Notes under the pieces: model-generated | Database searches by the model: none | The model's input: only the letters and a program-made list of their open reading frames with translations | Told to the model about the DNA's origin: nothing | In this document: one piece after another, positions 9,402 to 18,427 of the stretch | Layout of the letters: every line of letters begins with the position of its first letter | How positions within the stretch are numbered: position 1 is the first letter of the stretch | From: a virus | DNA: 64,000 nucleotides | Strand: one strand, 5' to 3' | IMG/VR virus record: IMGVR_UViG_3300035696_000016 | Coordinates: 56,591 to 120,590 of that record | Position numbers and translations under genes: made by a program

Positions 9402-10205
9402 ATGTCGAATACAGATACTACAACTAATCTTAATGGTCAATGTTCAATATGTGAAGGATGGAATTGCAACACTGGATATTATGTTAGTAATGGCGGAAAT
9501 ATAAAATGTAATTACTTAAGAGAATTAAGTAATGAAAATATTTTTCTAAGATCGGAGATTGTTGTGCTAAAACAATCTATTGCTGATTTAGAAATTAAAA
9601 CCTTGACTAAAAAAGATATAATGAAAATATTCGGCGATATAGATCATAATCTAAATGTGTCGCCTCATCACGAAAAAAATATGGCATATTTACGAAATCT
9701 ATTACAACATAAAAATCTTTCCATTGAAAGCAGATATGTTATTTTTCAACAAGCAATAACTGGAAAATATTCTTTTTTAATCGAAGGGTATTTTACCTAC
9801 ATAGTCAATGAAAATGTATTAGATTTTGTAGATTTTCTGAAATATAATATGGATGACGAAGAAGAAAATATATTAATTGAATTTATTAAAACAAAATCTC
9901 ATTATATATTTTACGCGCTTACATTATTTTTTCGATTAGAACGACCAAAACTATCCGAGTTTCTCGAAGACATTATGTATGAAACTATTATTGAAAGACA
10001 TGTGAATCCTATATATTCACAAAATCCTCGTTTTACAAGTGGAAATTGGTCAGTGTATAGAGTATTAGATGCGTATGGGAGCCCAAATCTCGGTAAGGCG
10101 CTATCGGTGATAAAGAAAATATCAGCACCATATGTATTGAATAATGAAATTAAAGCCTTCGTGCAAAAATATCCCGAAGCAGAAAAATATGCGATGTTAA
10201 TATGA
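9402..10205 (+). CDS. hypothetical protein with C-terminal tag
   Basis: 267-aa ORF ending AEKYAMLI*. Confidence 0.7.
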   Translation: MSNTDTTTNLNGQCSICEGWNCNTGYYVSNGGNIKCNYLRELSNENIFLRSEIVVLKQSIADLEIKTLTKKDIMKIFGDIDHNLNVSPHHEKNMAYLRNLLQHKNLSIESRYVIFQQAITGKYSFLIEGYFTYIVNENVLDFVDFLKYNMDDEEENILIEFIKTKSHYIFYALTLFFRLERPKLSEFLEDIMYETIIERHVNPIYSQNPRFTSGNWSVYRVLDAYGSPNLGKALSVIKKISAPYVLNNEIKAFVQKYPEAEKYAMLI

Positions 10206-10446
10206 TGATTAATTGGTTAAATCGATTATTAGGAAAACCTTTTTATATTAAAGATATAAATAATTGGTATAAACCTATTAAAATATGGTATAATAAATAT
10301 GGTGAATTACATAATCCGGACGGACCGGCCGTCGAATATAAAAATGGCACCGCTACTGAATACTGGATCAATGGAAAACGTATCTTTCAACTTGACGGCA
10401 AACGCATTTATGGCAAAAACAAAATAGAAAAATATGCGATGTTAAT
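10181..10446 (+). repeat. 21-bp exact direct repeat AGAAAAATATGCGATGTTAAT (10181-10201 and 10426-10446)
   Basis: Read directly; each copy encodes EKYAML(I) at the end of consecutive genes. Confidence 0.9.
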
Positions 10447-10450
10447 CTAA
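10202..10450 (+). CDS. small protein with one HxxDGPA-type repeat and C-terminal tag
   Basis: LHNPDGPAVEY...EYWINGKR; ends IEKYAMLI*. Confidence 0.7.
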   Translation: MMINWLNRLLGKPFYIKDINNWYKPIKIWYNKYGELHNPDGPAVEYKNGTATEYWINGKRIFQLDGKRIYGKNKIEKYAMLI

Positions 10451-10737
10451 TGCCAAGAGTATATCATTGTAAAAAAGTTCCATATGATGTTAATGCAGTA
10501 TATGTGGCTCGCCCCACAAAATACGGTAATCCATATAGCCATATGGATGGAACGCTTGCTAAATACAAAGTAGAAACGCGGGAAGAGGCTATTGCAAAAT
10601 ATGAAGAATGGATTCGGAGTCAGCCAGAATTAATGGCTGCTGCAAAGAAAGAATTGAAAAATCGTGATCTTTCTTGCTGGTGTTTTCCACTTGCTTGTCA
10701 TGCAGACATACTATTAAAAATTGCCAATGAAGAATAA
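10450..10737 (+). CDS. DUF4326 domain protein
   Basis: VYVARPTKYGNPY, ELKNRDLSCWCFPLACHAD. Confidence 0.85.
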   Translation: MPRVYHCKKVPYDVNAVYVARPTKYGNPYSHMDGTLAKYKVETREEAIAKYEEWIRSQPELMAAAKKELKNRDLSCWCFPLACHADILLKIANEE

Positions 10738-10755
10738 GGTGATATAGTATCATGT

Positions 10756-11295
10756 ATGCACTTAAACCATATCATCAACGAACTTGACAAACAAATCACG
10801 GCATCAAAAACGGAATTAGTCTTACTTGAAGAAAGAAAAATCGCGCTAATAAAGTTAGCAGCGAGATACCCAGATGCTCATTTAGAGAAAAACAATACAG
10901 TATGCATCGATAATCTATGGGACAAGATGTCGTGTATGCGTGTTGCTTGGGGATACGGCTATGGAACATACGGGTCGATGACGAAAGTCAATGTTCGTTT
11001 TTCCGTAGGGAAAAAAGATATGGAAGATGATATCAGGATACATTCATATCCGTATAATAATACAATCGCAAATATTGCATATCTTCCAAATCAAAATGGG
11101 TTGTATCCACGAAGAACAAAAGAAATTACAATACTTGATTACTCAAATATCATTCCAAACGTTTGTCCAAAACGAAAAATCTTCCTAAAACGAATTAGAA
11201 ATTATTTATTAAATATAATAATAAAAGAACAAATGAAAATAAATACCAAATCATATAATACAGATGAGTTCGAGAGGTTAATTTTATTGAAATGA
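10756..11295 (+). CDS. hypothetical protein with C-terminal tag
   Basis: Ends DEFERLILLK*; TGATATA at 10740 upstream. Confidence 0.7.
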   Translation: MHLNHIINELDKQITASKTELVLLEERKIALIKLAARYPDAHLEKNNTVCIDNLWDKMSCMRVAWGYGYGTYGSMTKVNVRFSVGKKDMEDDIRIHSYPYNNTIANIAYLPNQNGLYPRRTKEITILDYSNIIPNVCPKRKIFLKRIRNYLLNIIIKEQMKINTKSYNTDEFERLILLK

Positions 11296-11564
11296 AATAT
11301 CTTTCACCTTGGAAAAAGATCAGTGAAACGGAAGAGGTTATATTCTCACTTGGTTCAAAAGAGCCATTTATTTATATAATCCATGATCCAGATCCAAACG
11401 ATGTCAGAGGCTATGCGACGGCTGGAATGATTAGATTTTCTAATGGTCGATTTAGTTATGATACGCGTGCGGAGGCAAGACAGTTCGTGGAAACTACATT
11501 AATTGATAATGGATATTGTTTTTTAGATGATGAAAGATATGAAAAATTGGAATTACTGATATGA
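11292..11564 (+). CDS. small protein, YLTPW scaffold family, C-terminal tag
   Basis: YLSPW ... GYCFLDDERYEKLELLI*. Confidence 0.8.
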   Translation: MKYLSPWKKISETEEVIFSLGSKEPFIYIIHDPDPNDVRGYATAGMIRFSNGRFSYDTRAEARQFVETTLIDNGYCFLDDERYEKLELLI

Positions 11565-11803
11565 TCTATCTAACGCCTTGGAATAAAGATAATAGACGGC
11601 ATTATGTAAAAACTGGACATGTGTGTGTTATGATCGCCTCATACGAACATCACTATGTTATATGGTTAAATAATCTTTCGTCTGAAATAGAAAGATTTAA
11701 TTGTATTAAGCGAGCAAAACAATATGCTGATAATTATTTAATTGATAATAGATATGTGTTACTGACACAAGGACAAGTAGATAAAATGAGTATTTTGATA
11801 TGA
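11561..11803 (+). CDS. small protein, YLTPW scaffold family, C-terminal tag
   Basis: YLTPW ... RYVLLTQGQVDKMSILI*. Confidence 0.8.
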   Translation: MIYLTPWNKDNRRHYVKTGHVCVMIASYEHHYVIWLNNLSSEIERFNCIKRAKQYADNYLIDNRYVLLTQGQVDKMSILI

Positions 11804-12675
11804 AAATATATACATTAGGAAATGGTTTCATTGCAAGCCATTTACCATATAGTCCTATATTAGATCGGGTCTCACCAAATGAAAAACAAATAAAAGAATT
11901 GCTTGCTTGGTATAAACCAGATATAATAATTAATTGTATAGGGTATTGTGGTATTCCAAATATAGATCAGTGCGAAATAGAAAAAGAAAAAACGCACACT
12001 GCCAATGTCGTTATTCCAACAATGTTCGCGCGTGAATGTGAAAAGTTGGGTATTCGTTTCATTCACCTTGGAAGTGGATGTATAATGTATGGACAATCGC
12101 CTCACGGTAGAGATGAAATGCATTGTCTATTATGGGATGATGCCATACCATACAAGGTTCGCATTGATACAGGGTGGAAAGAAACCGATTTAGCTGCACC
12201 GCTTTCATATTATAGTGAAACAAAATATATTGCTGAAAATAATCTAAAAGATATGAAGAATACGACAATTCTTCGTCTTCGTATGCCAATATCATCAAAG
12301 AAACATCCAAGAAACTTGTTAAATAAATTAATAAAATACAAACAAGTTTTAGATGAGCCTAACTCAATGACATTCGTTTCGGATTTAGTGAATGCGATAG
12401 ATTTTGTGATAAACAAGGAATTATATGGTATATATAATGTAGCAAGTCCATTACCACTTAAACATTCGTATTTATTGGAAGAATATCGAAAACATGTGCC
12501 AAGCCATTGGTATCAAAGAATAAGCAAAGAAACATTAGATAAAATGGTTATTGCACCAAGATCAAATTGCATATTAGATATGAGCAAAATAATAAATGAA
12601 GGATTTAAGTTCGGTGATACGGATACGCTTGTGCGTGAATGTATTAAAAATTATATTAAGGAAATTAATGGCTAA
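11800..12675 (+). CDS. NAD-dependent sugar epimerase/reductase (RmlD-like SDR)
   Basis: GNGFIA, INCIG, YSETK (YxxxK), LRLRMP. Confidence 0.85.
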   Translation: MKIYTLGNGFIASHLPYSPILDRVSPNEKQIKELLAWYKPDIIINCIGYCGIPNIDQCEIEKEKTHTANVVIPTMFARECEKLGIRFIHLGSGCIMYGQSPHGRDEMHCLLWDDAIPYKVRIDTGWKETDLAAPLSYYSETKYIAENNLKDMKNTTILRLRMPISSKKHPRNLLNKLIKYKQVLDEPNSMTFVSDLVNAIDFVINKELYGIYNVASPLPLKHSYLLEEYRKHVPSHWYQRISKETLDKMVIAPRSNCILDMSKIINEGFKFGDTDTLVRECIKNYIKEING

Positions 12676-12898
12676 TAATAAGTTAAGTATTGAATTGGAA
12701 CCAAGAATAGATGAGCAAGGAAGAAAGTATTACATAGGAAAATTGCAAGCACCTATTACCATAGAATGCAAGGACGAAGCAGTATTTTTGGTTTTCGTAA
12801 GTGAAAATGGTGCGGAGGAATTACAAGTTTGTAATTCCAAACCACCAAAGAACAAGATAAGGCTTGAAAAATATGACAGACAAAATCAAAAGTTTTGA
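12668..12898 (+). CDS. hypothetical protein
   Basis: ATG 12668 overlapping the previous stop. Confidence 0.6.
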   Translation: MANNKLSIELEPRIDEQGRKYYIGKLQAPITIECKDEAVFLVFVSENGAEELQVCNSKPPKNKIRLEKYDRQNQKF

Positions 12899-13166
12899 TG
12901 ATTTATGGAACGAAGCAGAACGGCGTTCGCTCCAAGTAAATAAGAATGATGACTCGGCATATATAGTATATGAGATCCAAAATCTATGTTCAGATATTAA
13001 AGACAGCGTAGATCCAGAGGCATTAGAAATCCTTAATAAATCAGGAATAAAAAAACCAATATTAACAGATCAAATCGGTGAGTTATTGTTTATGCTAACA
13101 ACAATAACTGCCCGTGAAAATATAAATATATACGAAGCATTAAAGAAATATATCGATAATCTATGA
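12864..13166 (+). CDS. MazG-like NTP-pyrophosphohydrolase-fold protein (divergent)
   Basis: DQIGELLFML..I...ENINIYEAL resembles the MazG EIGDLLF helix. Confidence 0.5.
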   Translation: MKNMTDKIKSFDDLWNEAERRSLQVNKNDDSAYIVYEIQNLCSDIKDSVDPEALEILNKSGIKKPILTDQIGELLFMLTTITARENINIYEALKKYIDNL

Positions 13167-13864
13167 AATCTATTCCAATAAAAGATCGTTTAATTGTTGC
13201 ATTAGATGTTGATGGAGCAAAAGAAGCCAAAATACTTGTATCAAAATTAGGTGATGCAATATCATTCTATAAGATAGGTCTCCAATTATTTATGTCATCG
13301 AATTATTTCGATGTAATTGAACAATTACAATATATGGGTAAAAAAGTATTCGCCGATCTTAAATTTTTCGATGTTCCTCAAACGGTTGGATTGGCGGTAA
13401 AAGCACTTGCAAAACATAATGTAGATTTTGCTACAATACATGGGAATGATGAAATCTTGCGTTATGCAATAAAAGAAAAAGGTAATATAAAGATTTTGTC
13501 AGTGTCAGCATTGACAAGTCTTGATCAATCAGACATTGATTCACTTGGTTTTAAATGTAATATAGAGGATTTAGTTCTATCGCGCTCAAAAAGAGCGCTG
13601 GAAATTGGTTGTGATGGCGTTATATCTTCTGGATTAGAAATAAACAGATTACGAGAAAACTTCGGAAATAAGTTTTTAGTTGTTGTTCCGGGCATTAGAC
13701 CAGTGGAAAATAAACTTGTGGATGATCAAAAACGAACAGTAGATGTAGAAGAAGCATTTTTAAATGGAGCAGATTATATTGTTGTTGGTCGTCCCATAAA
13801 GAATGCTAATGATCCATATGCTGCTGCGATGAAATATCAGGAAAGAATTGCTAAAATAATATAA
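13163..13864 (+). CDS. pyrF: orotidine-5'-phosphate decarboxylase
   Basis: LIVALD, KIG, DLKFFDVPQT, PGIR, DDQKR, VVGRPI. Confidence 0.95.
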   Translation: MKSIPIKDRLIVALDVDGAKEAKILVSKLGDAISFYKIGLQLFMSSNYFDVIEQLQYMGKKVFADLKFFDVPQTVGLAVKALAKHNVDFATIHGNDEILRYAIKEKGNIKILSVSALTSLDQSDIDSLGFKCNIEDLVLSRSKRALEIGCDGVISSGLEINRLRENFGNKFLVVVPGIRPVENKLVDDQKRTVDVEEAFLNGADYIVVGRPIKNANDPYAAAMKYQERIAKII

Positions 13865-13876
13865 TGACATAGATGT

Positions 13877-14098
13877 GTGAGGTATTGCTTCCTATTGCTA
13901 TGTTTTCTATGCGATTGCGGTGGAACATTCAAAATCTATGATGACACGCGTGTAGGCTCGTATAGAAGCGACAATGGGCAGTTTTCTTGTCGTGCTAACA
14001 CTTGTTGCTACCCATACAAAGAAAAACTTATGATATGTCTTGTTCCTGATATGTATGGAGCAGCAGTTGCGGTGAAATATACACCGTCAAAGAAATAG
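13877..14098 (+). CDS. small Cys-rich, possibly exported or lipoprotein-like protein
   Basis: Basic plus hydrophobic N-terminus followed by Cys. Confidence 0.45.
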   Translation: MRYCFLLLCFLCDCGGTFKIYDDTRVGSYRSDNGQFSCRANTCCYPYKEKLMICLVPDMYGAAVAVKYTPSKK

Positions 14099-14099
14099 G

Positions 14100-14855
14100 T
14101 TATTTAACCATAGACACAAAACCAACGCCGACAGTAAAGTTTTTCATATTGGCTGGAAGAATGCTATAAGCAAATTGTTGAAAGTTTTTCTCAATTTTGT
14201 CTTGTATATCTTGTGGTATAATTTTAGATAGATTTATAGTAGCCCATATCTTTTTATTTTGAATATCTATCGATACGTTAATATCTGATGTTCCTTGAAC
14301 ATAACTTGGAACAACAGCCATTAATCTATTCATAAGTTTTTCTTTTAACCAATTAGGATCAATGGATTGTGTTGCAAGGCTTGTTAACGCTGCCTTGCGT
14401 GAAGCAAACTTACTTGTAGATTGTTTTACTGCTTGACCAAGCAAATATACAGCGCTTTCTCGATCGCTTGCGATACTCATAACTAAATCGTCTAACCCTA
14501 ATGATAGCTTGCCTTCCTTTTTGACCGTGTCATAAAACGACTGGCTAAATTGTAAAAATTGTTTTTCAATCTCGATGGAGGTTTCCATAGGATCATCACC
14601 ACTGATTTTTTCTAAAATCTTATGGATAAATTGTAATTGAAGTTGAGGGTCGAGGGCATCGCTACCAAATAGCCCAATCATTCGTTCGGCTGCACTATCA
14701 GCATTTTCAGATGAGCTCTTGTATATTCTTTCGAATAAAAGATGATCCCCATAAAATGTTTTACCTTTTGTAATCCAATGTGAATTTTGATGGGTTAAAT
14801 ATATTGCTCGCAAATATGCAACATATAAATTGGCTAATTCTTCGATCGTTTTCAT
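14100..14855 (-). CDS. Dps/ferritin-like protein with C-terminal extension
   Basis: HQNSHW..KG..FY.DHLLFE.IY ... D.AAER ferroxidase pattern. Confidence 0.82.
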   Translation of the reverse strand: MKTIEELANLYVAYLRAIYLTHQNSHWITKGKTFYGDHLLFERIYKSSSENADSAAERMIGLFGSDALDPQLQLQFIHKILEKISGDDPMETSIEIEKQFLQFSQSFYDTVKKEGKLSLGLDDLVMSIASDRESAVYLLGQAVKQSTSKFASRKAALTSLATQSIDPNWLKEKLMNRLMAVVPSYVQGTSDINVSIDIQNKKIWATINLSKIIPQDIQDKIEKNFQQFAYSILPANMKNFTVGVGFVSMVK

Positions 14856-14871
14856 TCTAATGCCTTGAATA

Positions 14872-14885
14872 TATGCTATAATATA
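14872..14885 (-). promoter_or_regulatory. putative late-type promoter motif (TATATT-N3-GCATA)
   Basis: Flanks closely match the leader at 46456-46482. Confidence 0.45.
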
Positions 14886-14966
14886 CCTAAAATTATTTTA
14901 CAGTAATTGTAGTAAAAATAATATATTTAGAAAAAAATTATTTAAAGTATGTTAATTTACTTCCCA

Positions 14967-14995
14967 TTGACATATATTTTGCAAAATCATATTAT
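14967..14995 (+). promoter_or_regulatory. sigma70-type promoter
   Basis: TTGACA-17 nt-TATTAT in the divergent intergenic region. Confidence 0.65.
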
Positions 14996-15131
14996 CAATC
15001 AAAATGCTCGGGGAAAGAAACCTATTGAGGGAGTAAGAGGGAGTTAAGGGAAAATAGGGTTAACAGTTAAGAGTTAACGTTAAGACAACGTTAAGTTAAA
15101 GACGAGTTTTAGTGATATAGAATAGATCTAA

Positions 15132-15404
15132 ATGCTCGAAGATCTACCTATCTCACTTAAACATATACTTCCAATTGTTGATCGTGTTCATTCTCGATAC
15201 CCTACGATATCTAAAATAGAAGTTATTTTAATTATTAAATCATTATTAGAAGTTATTAGAGAATTGTTAGTTTTAGGAAAAATTGTCTCGATCAACGATT
15301 TATTCGATCACGCACATGTAATATTTTATATTATTGAAAGAAGAAATGGTAAATCTTTTCCATCAGTAAAAATTAGAGTTCAGACACCGAGGGATATGAG
15401 ATGA
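15132..15404 (+). CDS. HU/IHF-like DNA-binding protein (divergent)
   Basis: ISKIEVILIIKSLLEVIRELLVLGKIVSI resembles the HU helix-2/beta pattern. Confidence 0.5.
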   Translation: MLEDLPISLKHILPIVDRVHSRYPTISKIEVILIIKSLLEVIRELLVLGKIVSINDLFDHAHVIFYIIERRNGKSFPSVKIRVQTPRDMR

Positions 15405-15611
15405 TTAGGAAATGGACTAACAGTAATTAGTATCAGGGATCTATTGGAGATAATTGTAGGTTCTGGGCGGAAAAAGAAACAAGGATAAATAAAAGTTATA
15501 GTTCTATTGAGTTTACTTTTAAAGACGGAAAAATAATTACAAAAGAACATGAATATATGACGATTGATAAACTTATAGAGATAGCAAAAAAAATATCTTT
15601 TACTAATATAA
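15401..15611 (+). pseudogene. disrupted member of the C-terminal-tag family
   Basis: ATGA-coupled start, in-frame TAG at 15428-15430; removing one A from A8 (15586-15593) gives ...IAKKYLLLI*. Confidence 0.65.
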
Positions 15612-15619
15612 GGAAAGTT

Positions 15620-15877
15620 ATGGAAGAAGAAAATATACAAGAAAATATAAAGCATTTTTCCGATGAAAAATTATGTGAAATTATTGTTTCTAACCGCTAT
15701 CTTGGGGTGCTGCGAGACGCAGCGCTCGCTTGCATGGATGAACTATCAGCACGACGAGTTGCTGGAAATGTTTTTCCATATGAGAAAAGAATTGAAGAAT
15801 TGCTTGCTTCGCTTCCTAAAATTAATATAGACTTAAAAAGTATTATGAATCCAAACAAATTGGGACGAATAATATGA
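15620..15877 (+). CDS. hypothetical protein
   Basis: AGGA SD-like sequence then ATG 15620 (MEEENI...). Confidence 0.65.
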   Translation: MEEENIQENIKHFSDEKLCEIIVSNRYLGVLRDAALACMDELSARRVAGNVFPYEKRIEELLASLPKINIDLKSIMNPNKLGRII

Positions 15878-16380
15878 ATCAAAGATTAAAAAAAGAAATC
15901 ATTCTAAACATATTTAATGTGATGGGAGTATTCAGGGACAAAACCAATTTTTCGGCATCGACGCTGATCGAACCGTTGATCGAAGAAAAGTTTCTTTTGG
16001 ATAAAAAACTTTCTTTTGAGATCGAAGATGGGACGAAACGCGAAAATCAGGTTTTTGCTGCGACGACAAAAATTGACGGGAATATGATTAAAGTGATGAT
16101 CGCAGATATTATTGATGAAATCCCCGAGTATGCAATAATAATGCAGATGGATAACTTTCCATCGATCGCAATGCGTCTTTCGTTGGAAGACGACGATTAT
16201 GGAACTATGACGTTTCATATCGAAAATAAATGGATAGAAATTGGCACGAGCGCGCAGGCACGCGTGTTAATGGGAATTGAAAACTTAAGCGAGATTTTTG
16301 CTGCTTGGGAAAGAATGATCGACTATAAAGATATGTATAGTGTTTTAATTAGTTTTCTTAATTATGTCGAAGGTATATAG
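15874..16380 (+). CDS. hypothetical protein
   Basis: 168-aa ORF, ATGA-coupled. Confidence 0.7.
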   Translation: MNQRLKKEIILNIFNVMGVFRDKTNFSASTLIEPLIEEKFLLDKKLSFEIEDGTKRENQVFAATTKIDGNMIKVMIADIIDEIPEYAIIMQMDNFPSIAMRLSLEDDDYGTMTFHIENKWIEIGTSAQARVLMGIENLSEIFAAWERMIDYKDMYSVLISFLNYVEGI

Positions 16381-16631
16381 TGTGTCATCGTTGTAATGGT
16401 TTTACAGGCAGGAAAGATATACTTGAATACTATCGTTCATTTATTACTGATGGTTATATAACTATAAAAGATTTTATTAAATTGAAAAATTACACGGATG
16501 AATATCCATTCATAATACAAAATGTCATAGAGATGGATTTTTATACGGTATTTAGCACTGATATTCAGCCAGAAGAGTTGTTTCCAGATTTAACAAAAGA
16601 ACGATTAGAAAAATTATTGGTGTTGCTATGA
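16380..16631 (+). CDS. small protein with C-terminal tag
   Basis: Ends KERLEKLLVLL*. Confidence 0.7.
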   Translation: MCHRCNGFTGRKDILEYYRSFITDGYITIKDFIKLKNYTDEYPFIIQNVIEMDFYTVFSTDIQPEELFPDLTKERLEKLLVLL

Positions 16632-16873
16632 GAGCATACTTGTATCCTTGGGAAAAATTAGTAATAAATGATCGACATTCATATAAACGACGCGTTCATA
16701 ACGGTGGTGTATATTTTGTGGTGCATTCCGCAAATCAATGGTGGGCTTGGAACGCTGATACTTGTGAAAGTATTCCGTATGAAACTGCCGAAGAAGCAAT
16801 GAATGCGTATGATGATTGTCTTCGTAAATTAGGATACATATTGTTAACGGAAGAAACGATGTTATTGTTATGA
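16628..16873 (+). CDS. small protein, YLTPW scaffold family, shortened tag
   Basis: YLYPW ... GYILLTEETMLLL*. Confidence 0.78.
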   Translation: MRAYLYPWEKLVINDRHSYKRRVHNGGVYFVVHSANQWWAWNADTCESIPYETAEEAMNAYDDCLRKLGYILLTEETMLLL

Positions 16874-17091
16874 ATACCGATGAAATTATTGAAGCTATGA
16901 TAGCAGGCAGTAGAAGTCGTGCTATTAAATATATTATTAATGACTATCGATGGTATAAAAAAGAAATTAATAATAAGAGAAGTCTAAAATCTTTTTGTAG
17001 TGATCTATATAATGCGGAGACCAGCAACAAATTAATGAAAAAATATAATCTATCAGTTGAGGACATAGAAAAATATATGTTATTGCTATGA
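16870..17091 (+). CDS. small protein with C-terminal tag (paralog of the next ORF)
   Basis: SR.RAIKYIINDY ... VEDIEKYMLLL*. Confidence 0.75.
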   Translation: MNTDEIIEAMIAGSRSRAIKYIINDYRWYKKEINNKRSLKSFCSDLYNAETSNKLMKKYNLSVEDIEKYMLLL

Positions 17092-17306
17092 TTGAAAACA
17101 TAGATTCTTTTGAAATTAAAACGCGTCAGGATGCCATTAAGTGGCTACTATACGATTATAAGTTATTTTTAGATACAAGCACCGGTTCATTCGGAGAATA
17201 TATTGAAGGTAATAGTTATGATTTTTATAATCAGTTGGCTGATCAGGTAATGCGAGACTGGGATATTACTATCGAAGAAGTAGAGAAATATTTAATATTA
17301 AAATGA
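17088..17306 (+). CDS. small protein with C-terminal tag (paralog of the previous ORF)
   Basis: TRQDAIKWLLYDY ... IEEVEKYLILK*. Confidence 0.75.
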   Translation: MIENIDSFEIKTRQDAIKWLLYDYKLFLDTSTGSFGEYIEGNSYDFYNQLADQVMRDWDITIEEVEKYLILK

Positions 17307-17608
17307 AACCAAATCATTATACAAAACGCCAATTATTCCAATTAGTCATCAATAAACTAAAAGGAAAACATATCCATAAATATCATACCATATCAGTAAT
17401 CAATATATTCATTGATGAGATGATTAATGAGTTAAAATCCGGCAATAAAATAAAGATAGATAATTTTGCTACGTTCCAATTAAATCAATTAAAACCTAAA
17501 ATGGTATGGAGTTATGTTTCCAAAAAAATGATGATGGGTCGAGCAGTTAAAGCGATGAGAATAAAGTTAGATAAAAAATTAAAAAAATATCTTTTGAACG
17601 ATGCGTAG
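17303..17608 (+). CDS. HU/IHF family DNA-binding protein
   Basis: TKRQL ... INIFIDEMINELKSGNKIKIDNFATF ... KKLK. Confidence 0.75.
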   Translation: MKPNHYTKRQLFQLVINKLKGKHIHKYHTISVINIFIDEMINELKSGNKIKIDNFATFQLNQLKPKMVWSYVSKKMMMGRAVKAMRIKLDKKLKKYLLNDA

Positions 17609-18020
17609 AAAACATAGACAGACATATTTTATATGTAGTGTTATTAAAGATAACAGATTGATATCTATTCCTATTGAAGCAGAAACAGAAGAGATAGCGT
17701 CAGTTGTTTTTAAACAACAAATTGGCATTGTGCCAGAGATTATACTCGGTGCATTCTATAAGAAAAAACGATCCAAAAAAGAATTAAAACCGAGGTTAGA
17801 AAAACCAAAGTTAGAAAAACGAAAAGGGATAAAACGATCTGGTTTAAGATTAAAGCCATTAAATGGCAATCGTGGAACATATGATGGATGGGATATAACT
17901 TATATTCCTACAAATGATGATAATAAAGTGTTTGTCTTTTACAACAAAAGACTTGATAATATAAAAATACCAAAACCAAGAAACAATATAGTTAATGTTA
18001 AGGATATAATAATAAAATGA
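17601..18020 (+). CDS. hypothetical basic protein
   Basis: 139-aa ORF in the operon. Confidence 0.65.
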   Translation: MRRKHRQTYFICSVIKDNRLISIPIEAETEEIASVVFKQQIGIVPEIILGAFYKKKRSKKELKPRLEKPKLEKRKGIKRSGLRLKPLNGNRGTYDGWDITYIPTNDDNKVFVFYNKRLDNIKIPKPRNNIVNVKDIIIK

Positions 18021-18367
18021 AAAAATCATTCATAAAACAGATGAAGCAAAAATTAATTGCTCAAAAAACAGAAATACTCGAAAAATGCAAAAGACATAAT
18101 GCAGAGATAGATGTTTTTGGTGATGAAATAGACAGGATACAAGCCTCCGTTATTGCACTTGCAGATGCTCGTCTTGCAAATCGAGATAAAGATAATCTTG
18201 CTAAAATTGAAGCAACATTGAAACGCATTGATGAAAATACATTCGGTGAATGCCAAGAATGCAATGAAGATATTGATGAAAAACGGTTGATGATAAATCC
18301 TGCGTTCATTACTTGTATATCTTGTGCAGAACATTTAGAGATGCTGAAAAGAAAACACGGAGGATAA
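18017..18367 (+). CDS. DksA/TraR C4 zinc-finger transcription factor
   Basis: GDEIDR coiled-coil tip, ATLKRIDENTFGECQEC..I...RL...P....CISC. Confidence 0.9.
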   Translation: MKKSFIKQMKQKLIAQKTEILEKCKRHNAEIDVFGDEIDRIQASVIALADARLANRDKDNLAKIEATLKRIDENTFGECQECNEDIDEKRLMINPAFITCISCAEHLEMLKRKHGG

Positions 18368-18380
18368 GGATACTAATAAA

Positions 18381-18413
18381 GTGATATATAAAGTATATCA
18401 CAATTTTGTGATG
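18381..18413. promoter_or_regulatory. overlapping inverted repeats (putative operator) upstream of the RHH gene
   Basis: GTGATATA-5-TATATCAC (18381-18401) and ATCACAA-2-TTGTGAT (18398-18413). Confidence 0.55.
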
Positions 18414-18427
18414 CCGAAAGGAACAGA

